Positions 37,822 to 47,322 of a stretch of DNA of 64,000 nucleotides are shown here, piece after piece. A program made the position numbers and the translations under genes. The stretch is taken from positions 208,621-272,620 of the forward strand of contig CAYGJY010000001.1 in NCBI GenBank assembly GCA_964350645.1. The letters run 5' to 3'. This stretch comes from an uncultured Candidatus Saccharibacteria bacterium (lineage in GTDB: Bacteria > Patescibacteriota > Minisyncoccia > Phycocordibacterales > UBA918). The notes below the pieces were generated by a model. That model worked only from the letters and a program-made list of their open reading frames with translations. It did no database searches and was not told the DNA's origin. Each line of letters opens with the position of its first letter. Positions within the stretch are counted from its first letter, which is position 1.

Positions 37822-38256
37822 ATGTTGATTGGCGAATACAAGCACACGTTGGATCCCAAGAAACGGCTGTCCATGCCGTCCAAGTGGCGGAAGGAACTTG
37901 GGAAAAAGCTTGTTGTCACTCGCGGACTTGATAACTGTCTCTTCGTATATCCGCTGAAGGAGTGGCAAAAGATCACTGAAAAAATTGGTCAATTGCCACT
38001 CGGACAGTCGGATACAAGAAGCTTCAATCGATTCTTCTTAAGCGGAGCTGTTGAAGTGGAGGTAGATTCAGTAGGACGTATTCTCGTTCCAGATTTTTTG
38101 AAGGAATTCGGACATTTAGAAACCAAAGTGGTTCTTGCCGGAATTCATGATCGTGTAGAAATTTGGGATGAGAAGAAGTGGGAGGAATACAAACGTCGTA
38201 TCGAAGGGCAGGCTGATGCGTTAGCCGAAAAGCTTGGAGATATTGGCGTCCTCTAG
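37822..38256 (+). CDS. mraZ: transcriptional regulator MraZ
   Basis: Duplicated MraZ halves, 144 aa, first gene of the dcw cluster. Confidence 0.9.
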   Translation: MLIGEYKHTLDPKKRLSMPSKWRKELGKKLVVTRGLDNCLFVYPLKEWQKITEKIGQLPLGQSDTRSFNRFFLSGAVEVEVDSVGRILVPDFLKEFGHLETKVVLAGIHDRVEIWDEKKWEEYKRRIEGQADALAEKLGDIGVL

Positions 38257-38288
38257 ATCTACCGGGCATCACATAGTAATACCGCGCC

Positions 38289-39182
38289 ATGAAACACATT
38301 ACCGTGCTACAAGCGGAAGCCGTCGATGCTCTGGATCTAAGTCCAGGGTCAATTGTCGTTGATGCGACTTTTGGCGGCGGGGGACATGCACGCGAAATCT
38401 TGAGTCGACTCGATGCAACTGGGACGTACATTGGTATTGATGCTGATGGCACTGCGTTTAGTGAGTCAATTCGTGAAGAGTTTGCTGCCTACCCAGCCAG
38501 TACCCACTTAGTCACTGATAATTTTAGAAATGTCAGTGACATCTTAATGAGATTAGATATCCCACAGGTTGATGCCATTCTGGCTGACTTTGGTTGGCGT
38601 TCAGAACAGTTTCAGGATAACCAAAAAGGTTTTTCCTTCAACGATTCATCAACGCCGCTCATGACCTACGGTGATCCTGAACAGTATCTCTTTACAGCCT
38701 ATGACATTGTCAACGACTGGGAGGAGGAAAATATTGCAGACATCATCTACGGATATGGGGAGGAGCGAGGTAGTCGACGTATTGCTAAGGCAATTGTCGA
38801 AGCACGAGATATCGAACCAATCTCCTCGAGTACACACTTGGCAGAAATAGTTAAGGAAGCATTGCCAAGCTTTCTAGCCAAGAAGCGAGTACACCCGGCA
38901 ACCAAGACTTTTCAGGCATTGCGCATAGCGGTTAATGATGAACTTGGTGCGATTGAGTCTCTGATTTTGAATGGCTTTGCTCGCCTAAAGCCAGACGGAA
39001 CTATGGCTGTTATCACCTTCCATAGTATCGAAGACCGGTTAGTTAAAAACCTCTTCAAAGCATTTACACGCGATCAACACGCTGAGTTATACAGCAAAAA
39101 ACCACTCGTCCCGAGTGATGAGGAACAAAAGACAAATCCCCGCTCACGGAGCGCCAAACTACGAGCATTAAAAAAAGTATGA
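38289..39182 (+). CDS. rsmH: 16S rRNA (cytosine1402-N4)-methyltransferase
   Basis: DATFGGGGH SAM-binding motif. Confidence 0.9.
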   Translation: MKHITVLQAEAVDALDLSPGSIVVDATFGGGGHAREILSRLDATGTYIGIDADGTAFSESIREEFAAYPASTHLVTDNFRNVSDILMRLDIPQVDAILADFGWRSEQFQDNQKGFSFNDSSTPLMTYGDPEQYLFTAYDIVNDWEEENIADIIYGYGEERGSRRIAKAIVEARDIEPISSSTHLAEIVKEALPSFLAKKRVHPATKTFQALRIAVNDELGAIESLILNGFARLKPDGTMAVITFHSIEDRLVKNLFKAFTRDQHAELYSKKPLVPSDEEQKTNPRSRSAKLRALKKV

Positions 39183-39505
39183 ATGTAACAACACTACAGA
39201 ATGTACACTTTGAGGCACAGCGCAGCCATGTAGCGGCAGCTTTTACGTTAGTGTTAGTATTGATGGGCCTCTATATGTACTTTGTTAGTGCCTCGGTTGT
39301 GCATGTTGTGATTCGACAAGAAGTGCAGCAGGAAATCAACCGGTTAAACTCTGAAATTAGTCAATTGGAAGCAGCTTATATCGAGGTACAACACTCTGTC
39401 AGTGCTGAGATAGCATCACTTGATGGCTATCAAGAAACACAAGCTAAGATATTTATCGACCGCATTGATGATACTTTGGTATTATCAGCAAGTGCTGATC
39501 GATAA
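39179..39505 (+). CDS. ftsL: FtsL-like cell division protein
   Basis: 108 aa, single TM plus coiled coil, in the canonical position between rsmH and ftsI. Confidence 0.5.
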   Translation: MNVTTLQNVHFEAQRSHVAAAFTLVLVLMGLYMYFVSASVVHVVIRQEVQQEINRLNSEISQLEAAYIEVQHSVSAEIASLDGYQETQAKIFIDRIDDTLVLSASADR

Positions 39506-39507
39506 GT

Positions 39508-41223
39508 ATGCGTAAAAAAGCAATTTTCCGAATACGGGTAATTACTGGGGTGGTGCTGTGTTTGGCACTTATCTTAGTTGCTCGACTGTATCAGATTCAA
39601 GTGTTACAGCACGATGTCTATCTTGAACGTGGTGAACAACAATACGTGCACACGGTGAGAGATTTATATACTCGAGGGAGTATTTATTTGACGACTAAAG
39701 ATGGTGAAAGAGTATCTGGTGCGACAATAAAATCTGGTTTTGTTCTTGCGATTGATCCCAATCGAATCAGTGATAGCGAGGTGGCTTATGAAGCGCTAGC
39801 TGCAGTGTTAGATATAGACCGCGAATATTTTCTTACTCAAGCTGCTAACAAGAAACGAAAATACATAGAAATTGAACAGCGTTTAGATGCAGAGTCAGCA
39901 TCAGAGATTGATGCTCTTGATGTCTCAGGTTTATATCTTTATAAAAATCAGTGGCGCTACTATCCTGGAGAAACACTCGGGGCACGTAGCATTGGTTTTG
40001 TTGGTTTTGCAAATAATGACGACGTGTTAGCTGGACGCTATGGTCTTGAGCGACAATATGATGATGTATTGTCACACGAGTACGAACACTTGTCAGTAAA
40101 TTTTTTCGCTGAGATTTTTAGCAATTTAGGTGAAATAGTCTTCGACAGCACTGAAAGTCGAACTGGTGATGTGGTGACATCGCTCGAACCAACAGTACTG
40201 CGGCTTTTGCAACAAGAGTTACAAAAGACCCAAGATATATGGAATAGTCAATTAACTGGTGGAATTATCATGAATCCTCAAACCGGTGAAATCTATGCTC
40301 TTGATGCAGTACCAACGTTTACACTTAATGACCGCACTGGAGTTGAGATTGATTCGTTTCGCAATCCAATTGTCGAAGATGTGTATGAATTTGGATCAAT
40401 TATTAAGGCGCTGACCATGGCATCAGGTCTAGACTCAGGGGCTGTCTCTGCTGGCACAACCTACTATGACTCTGGGAAACTTGAACTCGATACTTTTACA
40501 ATCGGCAACTTTGATGGCAAAGGGCGTGGAACAGTAGACATGCAAGAAGTGTTAAACCAATCACTCAACACAGGTGTTGCCTTTGTGGTTGATACAATGG
40601 GAAAAAATAAATTTCGAGATTACTTTTTAAATCTAAAATTGGGAAGTGAGACGGGGATTGATCTACCAAATGAAGCGTACGGTTTAGTCCAAAACTTAAA
40701 TTCACCCCGCGACATTGAATATGCCACAGCTTCGTTTGGTCAGGGAATTGCCTTCACACCGATTGCCGCAGCCCGGGCATTGGCCACTCTCGGTAATGGC
40801 GGCAAGTTGATTACGCCTCATATTGCAACTGCAATTGAATACCAAGATGGCCAAGTCAAAGAGGTCACGTATCCAGATGGCGAACAAATATTCACAGCGG
40901 CTACGAGTGAGGAAATCTCGCGGATGCTTACCAACGTGGTTGATGATGCCTTACGGGGCGGAACTGTCGCATTACCTAATTATTCGATCGCCGCAAAAAC
41001 GGGAACAGCTCAAGTAGCCGATAGTGCCAATGGTGGGTATTACGAAGATAGATATCTCCATTCGTTTTTCGGCTATTTCCCATCGTATGATCCCCAGTTT
41101 TTAGTGTTTCTCTATACAGTAGAACCTAAACAAGTCCGATATGCTTCAGAGACACTGACTGAGCCATTCATGAATATAGCCAAATTCTTAATCAACTATT
41201 ACAATATTCCTCCAGATCGCTAA
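39508..41223 (+). CDS. ftsI: penicillin-binding protein FtsI (PBP3-type transpeptidase)
   Basis: SxxK (GSIIKAL), SLN, and KTGTA motifs. Confidence 0.8.
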   Translation: MRKKAIFRIRVITGVVLCLALILVARLYQIQVLQHDVYLERGEQQYVHTVRDLYTRGSIYLTTKDGERVSGATIKSGFVLAIDPNRISDSEVAYEALAAVLDIDREYFLTQAANKKRKYIEIEQRLDAESASEIDALDVSGLYLYKNQWRYYPGETLGARSIGFVGFANNDDVLAGRYGLERQYDDVLSHEYEHLSVNFFAEIFSNLGEIVFDSTESRTGDVVTSLEPTVLRLLQQELQKTQDIWNSQLTGGIIMNPQTGEIYALDAVPTFTLNDRTGVEIDSFRNPIVEDVYEFGSIIKALTMASGLDSGAVSAGTTYYDSGKLELDTFTIGNFDGKGRGTVDMQEVLNQSLNTGVAFVVDTMGKNKFRDYFLNLKLGSETGIDLPNEAYGLVQNLNSPRDIEYATASFGQGIAFTPIAAARALATLGNGGKLITPHIATAIEYQDGQVKEVTYPDGEQIFTAATSEEISRMLTNVVDDALRGGTVALPNYSIAAKTGTAQVADSANGGYYEDRYLHSFFGYFPSYDPQFLVFLYTVEPKQVRYASETLTEPFMNIAKFLINYYNIPPDR

Positions 41224-41263
41224 ATTAGTAATGGTTAAGAAATGATATACTGCTAACTTACTT

Positions 41264-42571
41264 ATGAAAGATTTCTTTAAGGCCTGTATTGTTTATGTGC
41301 TAACACTTGAGGCAACTTTGCTCATAAAACGCGCGAATCCAACTATTGTTGGTGTGACAGGGAACGTTGGCAAAACGTCAACGAAAGATGCAATCTATGC
41401 TGTTCTGAAAGATGCTGTACATACGCGTAAAAATGAAAAATCATATAACACTGAATTAAGTGTGCCACTCACAGTATTGGGTCTTGATAGTGCCGAAACT
41501 AATCCATTGAAGTGGTTGAAAAATATTTTTGAAGGTTTCATTGTTGTATTACATCCTGGTAATTATCCAAAAGTATTAGTGCTAGAAATGGGAGTTGATA
41601 AACCAGGTGATATGCAACGTCTCACCCGATGGATTAAGCCTGATGTGTGCGTGATTACGCGATTACCCGATGTTCCGGTTCACGTAGAAAATTTTTCGTC
41701 ACCTGAGGCTGTTAGTGAAGAAAAGTTACAGCTTCTGGCTGCGCTGAAGTCTGACGGTGTTTTTGTGTATAACCACGATGATGAACGATTACGTTTGGCA
41801 GCAGAGAATGCCTACCAAAAATCAATTGGGTATAGTCGCTATTCGCCGTCGCACTTTACAGCTACTGGTGATCGGGTGGTCTACGATGGTGGCCGGCCAG
41901 TTGGTATGCGGTTTGATTTGATGCATCTCGACGTAGAAGCGTCGATGCTTGTTAAGGGCTCGCTTGGTGTGCAACATACTTACAACTACGCAGCAGCAGC
42001 AGCGGTGGGGTCAATTTTTGATGTACCACTTCCAATAGCCATGCAATCGTTAACAACTCTCGAATTACCACCGGGACGAATGAAACTACTTCGTGGTGTT
42101 AAAGACACGATTATTATCGATGATACGTATAACGCCTCGCCAACTGCGACTGAGCGCTCACTCCAAGCCCTTAAAGAACTTAAGGGTGTGAATCGCCGAG
42201 TGGCGATTCTGGGTGACATGCTTGAGCTTGGACGTTATTCGGTACGTGAGCATGAGCGGGTTGGTGAAGATGTAGCGAGTAGTGCTGATGCATTAGTCAC
42301 TATCGGTATTCGTTCTCGGAAAATAGCGGAAGGAGCTTTAGAATTTGGCATGAGTGAAAAACATATTTATCAGTTTGATACACTTGCCCGAGCCAAAAAA
42401 GATATTCTTGGTCTTTTACAAACTGGTGATGTGGTGTTGGTGAAGGCTTCACAGGGTATGCGACTTGAAGCATTAGTAGGGGATATTATGCAGGACACTG
42501 ACCGCAAATCAGAGTTACTTGTGCGTCAATCTGAAGGGTGGCTCAAACGACCGATTCAGACTCTTGTCTAA
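41264..42571 (+). CDS. murF: UDP-MurNAc-tripeptide--D-Ala-D-Ala ligase (MurF) lacking the N-terminal domain
   Basis: GVTGNVGKTSTKD P-loop; NTELSVPLTVLGL; DDTYNASP…AILGDMLELG, colinear with MurF. Confidence 0.65.
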   Translation: MKDFFKACIVYVLTLEATLLIKRANPTIVGVTGNVGKTSTKDAIYAVLKDAVHTRKNEKSYNTELSVPLTVLGLDSAETNPLKWLKNIFEGFIVVLHPGNYPKVLVLEMGVDKPGDMQRLTRWIKPDVCVITRLPDVPVHVENFSSPEAVSEEKLQLLAALKSDGVFVYNHDDERLRLAAENAYQKSIGYSRYSPSHFTATGDRVVYDGGRPVGMRFDLMHLDVEASMLVKGSLGVQHTYNYAAAAAVGSIFDVPLPIAMQSLTTLELPPGRMKLLRGVKDTIIIDDTYNASPTATERSLQALKELKGVNRRVAILGDMLELGRYSVREHERVGEDVASSADALVTIGIRSRKIAEGALEFGMSEKHIYQFDTLARAKKDILGLLQTGDVVLVKASQGMRLEALVGDIMQDTDRKSELLVRQSEGWLKRPIQTLV

Positions 42572-42626
42572 AATATAAAGTTGTTGTATAGTTCGAAAAC
42601 TGAACTAACTAAAGTACAGTATATCT

Positions 42627-43544
42627 ATGAAAAAACTTACTACTACATTAGGTGTCGGAGTGCTGCTAGCTTGTATGCTGGTACAACCAGCTGCAGCGCA
42701 AGTTGTTGTCACTTCGTATACACCACAAAGCCAAAGTGAAACTATCGCTTATTTGCAGGGAGTTATCGCTCAATTACAAGCACAGCTTCAGCTCCAGGGT
42801 AATTATCAAGTCAACTATCAACCAGTTGGCCAGGTGCAAGGGGCAACATTTTCAAACCAAAGTTACACCGTTCGAGTTGAGACAGACTTTGTTCGTGCGG
42901 GCAATGATGACGTCGAGCTTAATGGATCGATTGATCTTGGTAATGCTCGTTATGCCAACGTTTGGTTTGAGTATGGTGACAGTGCTCGATTCGGTAGTCA
43001 GACACGTCGAGAGTATGTAACCCGAGATAGTGACTTTGACTTTACACTTGATACTGATGATCTAGACCGCTTTGTCTATTACCGTGCTGTGGCTGAAGAT
43101 CCGTCTGGAAAAAAGATTAACGGGTATACACGTGCGATTATGGTCAATTCTCGCAGTAATCGTAACAATAATGATGATGAGCCAGAGGTGGATACTTTCT
43201 CAGCCCGAAATGTTGACGAAGATTCTGCTGAGTTACGTGGTGAGGTTGATATGAATGATTTCCGTAATGGTTTTGTATTCTTTGTGTACGGTGAAGATGA
43301 GAACGATGTTGAGGATGTTGAAGATGAAGATGAGTTCCGCGACATTGATGAACGAGGTGATGATCTACAAAAAATCTCTGTCGATAGCGACCTTGATGGC
43401 AGTGATGACTACGCTCGTCGTGTGAGTGGTCTTGATGACGATACTGAATATTTCTTCCGAATTTGTGTTGAGTATGAAGATGAAGATGATGATGAAACGC
43501 TAGAGTGTGGCCAAGTTGAAGACTTTGAGACTGATCGAAACTAA
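42627..43544 (+). CDS. secreted acidic protein
   Basis: Signal peptide MKKLTTTLGVGVLLACMLVQPAAAQ; Asp/Glu-rich C-terminal half. Confidence 0.5.
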   Translation: MKKLTTTLGVGVLLACMLVQPAAAQVVVTSYTPQSQSETIAYLQGVIAQLQAQLQLQGNYQVNYQPVGQVQGATFSNQSYTVRVETDFVRAGNDDVELNGSIDLGNARYANVWFEYGDSARFGSQTRREYVTRDSDFDFTLDTDDLDRFVYYRAVAEDPSGKKINGYTRAIMVNSRSNRNNNDDEPEVDTFSARNVDEDSAELRGEVDMNDFRNGFVFFVYGEDENDVEDVEDEDEFRDIDERGDDLQKISVDSDLDGSDDYARRVSGLDDDTEYFFRICVEYEDEDDDETLECGQVEDFETDRN

Positions 43545-43558
43545 CCGCTGCTTAGCAC

Positions 43559-43592
43559 AAAAGCCGGCGCCCTTCGGGCGCCGGCTTTTGTG
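43559..43592 (+). terminator. rho-independent terminator
   Basis: aaagccggcgcc-cttc-gggcgccggctttt. Confidence 0.8.
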
Positions 43593-43630
43593 CTACCATA
43601 GAACCATTATTGAGTAACACTTAATTTGTT

Positions 43631-44002
43631 ATGACTACAGCAGAAATCGCTAATCGTCTCGTCGAGTTAAACCGCGCCGGTAAGCACATGGAAATTTATG
43701 AAGAATTGTATTCACCAGAGGTGGTGAGTGTAGAAAACGCCGGTGAGCGCATGGAAAGTGTGGGTTTCGATGCCATTAAAGCTAAAGGAGAGCAGTGGTT
43801 TGGCATGGTAGCTGAGACGCATGAATTGCGTGTCGGTGAGCCACTTGTCGCTGATAAGAGCTTTGCAGTGACCTTTTATATGGATGTAACGTTTAATGAA
43901 AACGGTGGCCCCATGATGACTGGCCGAATGCAGTTTACTGAATTAGCGGTCTATAAAGTAAATGATGAAGGAAAGATTTATCACGAGGAGTTTTTGGGGT
44001 AA
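43631..44002 (+). CDS. SnoaL/NTF2-like fold protein (hypothetical)
   Basis: 123-aa ORF; size and hydrophobic pattern are typical of this fold. Confidence 0.35.
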   Translation: MTTAEIANRLVELNRAGKHMEIYEELYSPEVVSVENAGERMESVGFDAIKAKGEQWFGMVAETHELRVGEPLVADKSFAVTFYMDVTFNENGGPMMTGRMQFTELAVYKVNDEGKIYHEEFLG

Positions 44003-44168
44003 TTGCAGTCTCAACAGTACAAACGCCCAGTTATGTATAATTGGGAGTTTGCTGTGCTGAGGAAGCTTTTACAGGATAAATGAAATTTGCATACAGAATC
44101 AGTACACGGTTCGTCATCTTGATATTCCTTGTTGCGTCTGTTTTTGCTGTGCAACTTTATATAAAAAG

Positions 44169-44624
44169 TCAATTAATTTTGTTTAGGTATTTATAAATCA
44201 ACACTGGGGGCTGGATTAGTAATACCCAGCCAATGATCACGACGACATTGACACCGAAGACAGCGGTTTGGATGTAGGGAATCGTGTAGATCCAGTCTTG
44301 CGAGTAGACATTGGGGATTTCCCAGAACAGGATTCCGAGCACCATGGCGAGTAGAGTTGCCAGAGCGAGGTGGGGGATGAATGAATAGGCCCAATCATAA
44401 AGGCTCTTAAAGTGCATTAGAATAATTGGATACATCAGCCAGCCAAGTGCTGAGACGGGGTCTGCGTAATGTGCTGCCAGGATTGCATCGATGGTTGGTT
44501 GATAGTCAGCAATCTTATAGCTCCAAAGTTTGAGCCAGAGCGAACCAATGAGTTCAATTCCGATCGAGAGTACCGCTAGTGCTAGATAATATTTTCCAAA
44601 TTGTAGGTACTTTTTATCAAACAA
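44169..44624 (-). CDS. hypothetical membrane protein
   Basis: 151-aa ORF with 4 hydrophobic helices. Confidence 0.4.
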   Translation of the reverse strand: MFDKKYLQFGKYYLALAVLSIGIELIGSLWLKLWSYKIADYQPTIDAILAAHYADPVSALGWLMYPIILMHFKSLYDWAYSFIPHLALATLLAMVLGILFWEIPNVYSQDWIYTIPYIQTAVFGVNVVVIIGWVLLIQPPVLIYKYLNKIN

Positions 44625-44825
44625 TAATTGTAGCGCTGTTGGTATATTTCAATAATGGCAAAGTACATCAAAAAGCAGCCAGGCTCCTAAGGGAGCTGGA
44701 TAGTACCAGTAGGGATGCTCTAGAGTGTAAAGATACGTAGAAAAGAAAAGAATACCTATACTACAGATAAGTGCCAGATTGTATGTATAGTGTATTTGCA
44801 TACTTTGAGTATACCAAAACTTTTT

Positions 44826-45398
44826 TCAAGTAACTTGTAGAGAAGCGCGGTCGTAGCGCCAGCGGGCAATGAGGATTGAGCCGATGATGAAAATTTGCAG
44901 GAGTAACATTGGATGGGATTGAAAGAGTATGCCGTAGGGCATCCAGACAAAGGCAGATATGAGGACAACCAGCCGAACTCGACTCGGATCAGTCGACCAG
45001 AAGCCATAGGTTGCCACAAACGATCCAGCGATCGCAAATATACTTGGCCAACCAGCCCAGGTGAGTATCCCAGCACCCACAATTGTCACGAGTGTCCCGT
45101 AGTAGACTAGCGGGGAGGCCGCCCAAGGCCAGCGATCTTTTTGAGCAAAGATCAGATTTCTCAACATCAGGGTCACCATCATGGCTGCTCCAGTATAGGC
45201 AGCGATAAGAGCTAAGTGTGCACCTAGTAAACCGAGTGCCAGGACATGGAGGTAGAGGATCTGATTCCGGTTATTGCATTGAAATGAGCCAACCATCACG
45301 AGAAAACCTAAAAGACCTAAAATTTGTATTAGGTATTGGTTGGTGAGTAACGTCAGGATAGGTTCTGGCATAGGTATGTTTTGCTGTAATAGTAGCAC
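44826..45398 (-). CDS. YgjV-like inner membrane protein (paralog A)
   Basis: SFQxNNRxxIL, IRNLxF, and WxPY motifs shared with 48768..49391. Confidence 0.5.
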   Translation of the reverse strand: MLLLQQNIPMPEPILTLLTNQYLIQILGLLGFLVMVGSFQCNNRNQILYLHVLALGLLGAHLALIAAYTGAAMMVTLMLRNLIFAQKDRWPWAASPLVYYGTLVTIVGAGILTWAGWPSIFAIAGSFVATYGFWSTDPSRVRLVVLISAFVWMPYGILFQSHPMLLLQIFIIGSILIARWRYDRASLQVT

Positions 45399-45426
45399 TT
45401 TTCTAGTGTGCTACACTGATCCAAAA

Positions 45427-46134
45427 ATGAAGCAAACAATAACTATATTTACTGATGGGGCGTCAAAAGGAAATCCTGGCCGAGGTGGTTTTGGAGCGGT
45501 AATTTCTGATGGTGAGACAGTGACTGAGATTGGTGCATACAGTGAACGCACTACCAATAATGAAATGGAGCTTAAGGCTGTTGTGGAAGCCTTGAAAACA
45601 ATTGATCACGAGGTCGATACTGTAGCGATTTATACAGACTCCAAATATGTAGTTGAAGGTGCAAATGGTTGGATTTTTGGTTGGCTGAAAAATGGGTGGA
45701 AGACCAAAGCGGAGACAGATGTGTTAAATAAAGAACTTTGGAAAGAACTACTCCCGCTCTTAAACAAATTTGTCATTGATTGGCATAAGGTTCCGGGTCA
45801 CGTGGGGATTATAGGTAACGAACGGGCAGATACTATTGCGTCAGACTTTGCTGAGAAAGGACAGTTTGATTTGTACACTGGGTCACTGAGTGATTATGGG
45901 TTTGATATTTCTGACACATCGTACGATGAAGTTAAGGCTAAAGCTCGCAGCGATGCCCGTAAACGTTCAGCTCAAAAGGCGTATTCATATGTTAGTGCTC
46001 TTGATGGGGTAGTGCAAACACATACAACCTGGAGTGAATGTGAAGCACGTGTGAAAGGCAAAAAAGGAACACGGTTCAAGAAGTCTCTTGATGCTGCTAA
46101 TGAACGAGAAATCATCAAAGATTTTGGCGGTTAG
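45427..46134 (+). CDS. rnhA: ribonuclease HI with a C-terminal hybrid-binding (Cauli_VI-like) domain
   Basis: RNase H DGAS…E…D…HxGxxxNExADxxA core; C-terminal YSYVSALDGVVQTHTTWSECEARVKGKKGTRFKK motif. Confidence 0.8.
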   Translation: MKQTITIFTDGASKGNPGRGGFGAVISDGETVTEIGAYSERTTNNEMELKAVVEALKTIDHEVDTVAIYTDSKYVVEGANGWIFGWLKNGWKTKAETDVLNKELWKELLPLLNKFVIDWHKVPGHVGIIGNERADTIASDFAEKGQFDLYTGSLSDYGFDISDTSYDEVKAKARSDARKRSAQKAYSYVSALDGVVQTHTTWSECEARVKGKKGTRFKKSLDAANEREIIKDFGG

Positions 46135-46156
46135 AGGGCAGTAGAGATTACTACGT

Positions 46157-46768
46157 ATGAATGGGTTTAAAGATATTGAAGCAAAAATCGAAGACGCCAT
46201 AGCTTCTCCGTCTATTGAGAAAGCGCAGCGACTGATGCAGTCACGTCGTGGACTGTGGTTGATTGCTGTGGTGGCTTTTGTAGAATCAGCACTGCCCGTG
46301 CCGATTCTGACTGATCCTTTTCTAGCAGCAGCAGTGGTTTTAAATCGCTCAAAAGCAGTCATGCTGACCCTCCTCACGACGGTTTTTTCAGTCCTTGGCG
46401 GTGTGGTTGCCTACTATTCAGCAGCTCTATTCTTCGATGCAATTCTGAGTGCTATGCCTGCTAACTTACTACAAAAATATGAGATCATGGCTACCAATAC
46501 TGACACCAATATATTTTTCCTGACTATCATTGGCGCGGTGACACCGGTGCCGTATACAATCTCAGCTTGGGTGGCAGCAGCATTACAAGGTGGCATAGCA
46601 GTATTTATTCTGGCGTCACTAGTCGGGAGAGGGTTTCGGTACGGCATCGTAGCGTATTGTAGCTATCGCTTTGGGCCGGCAGCTTTGCAGTACGCTAAGC
46701 GCTATGTCGGACTCACATCGCTACTAGTCATTGCACTGGTGGTTGCATACGTTTGGTACAAGCTTTAA
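46157..46768 (+). CDS. DedA/YqaA-family membrane protein
   Basis: 203-aa ORF with the hydrophobic pattern typical of SNARE-associated/DedA proteins. Confidence 0.5.
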   Translation: MNGFKDIEAKIEDAIASPSIEKAQRLMQSRRGLWLIAVVAFVESALPVPILTDPFLAAAVVLNRSKAVMLTLLTTVFSVLGGVVAYYSAALFFDAILSAMPANLLQKYEIMATNTDTNIFFLTIIGAVTPVPYTISAWVAAALQGGIAVFILASLVGRGFRYGIVAYCSYRFGPAALQYAKRYVGLTSLLVIALVVAYVWYKL

Positions 46769-46777
46769 ACTGGCAAT

Positions 46778-47308
46778 ATGAAAATATTTCTGATCCGCCA
46801 TGGAGAAACAACCGGTGATATCGAAGACCGCTATGGTGGTGCGTATGATGATCATTTAACTGAGAGGGGGAGAAGCCAACTAGCAAAAACTGCGGAGTCA
46901 TTACGTGGCAGTGGTATTGAGATCATTTTCCATAGTCCGCTCATCCGCGCGCGAGAAAGTGCTGAGATTATCCAAGCCGAGATTGGTTGTGCGTTGCAGG
47001 TAGTTGATGGATTAAAAGAGCGTCATTATGGCATTCTCGGTGGTCTGACAAAGTCAGAAGCACTTCAGAAGTATCCTGAGGTAGTAGAAGCGCATAAAGA
47101 TCCGCTGAATACTGATCCAGAAGGAGAAAGCTATGTTGATTTCAACGGACGTGTTATTGCTTCGTATCAATCAATTATCACTGAACCATATAAGACGATC
47201 GTTATTCTTGCGCATGGTGGTTCGCTTAAGCGAATTTTGGATTTTTTAGGAGAACCAATTCCAGCCTCAATTGGCGATGGTGAGGTGATTGAGATTGAGA
47301 CACACTAA
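46778..47308 (+). CDS. histidine phosphatase family protein
   Basis: N-terminal LIRHGET motif. Confidence 0.7.
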   Translation: MKIFLIRHGETTGDIEDRYGGAYDDHLTERGRSQLAKTAESLRGSGIEIIFHSPLIRARESAEIIQAEIGCALQVVDGLKERHYGILGGLTKSEALQKYPEVVEAHKDPLNTDPEGESYVDFNGRVIASYQSIITEPYKTIVILAHGGSLKRILDFLGEPIPASIGDGEVIEIETH

Positions 47309-47322
47309 GTCAGCTATAGTAT

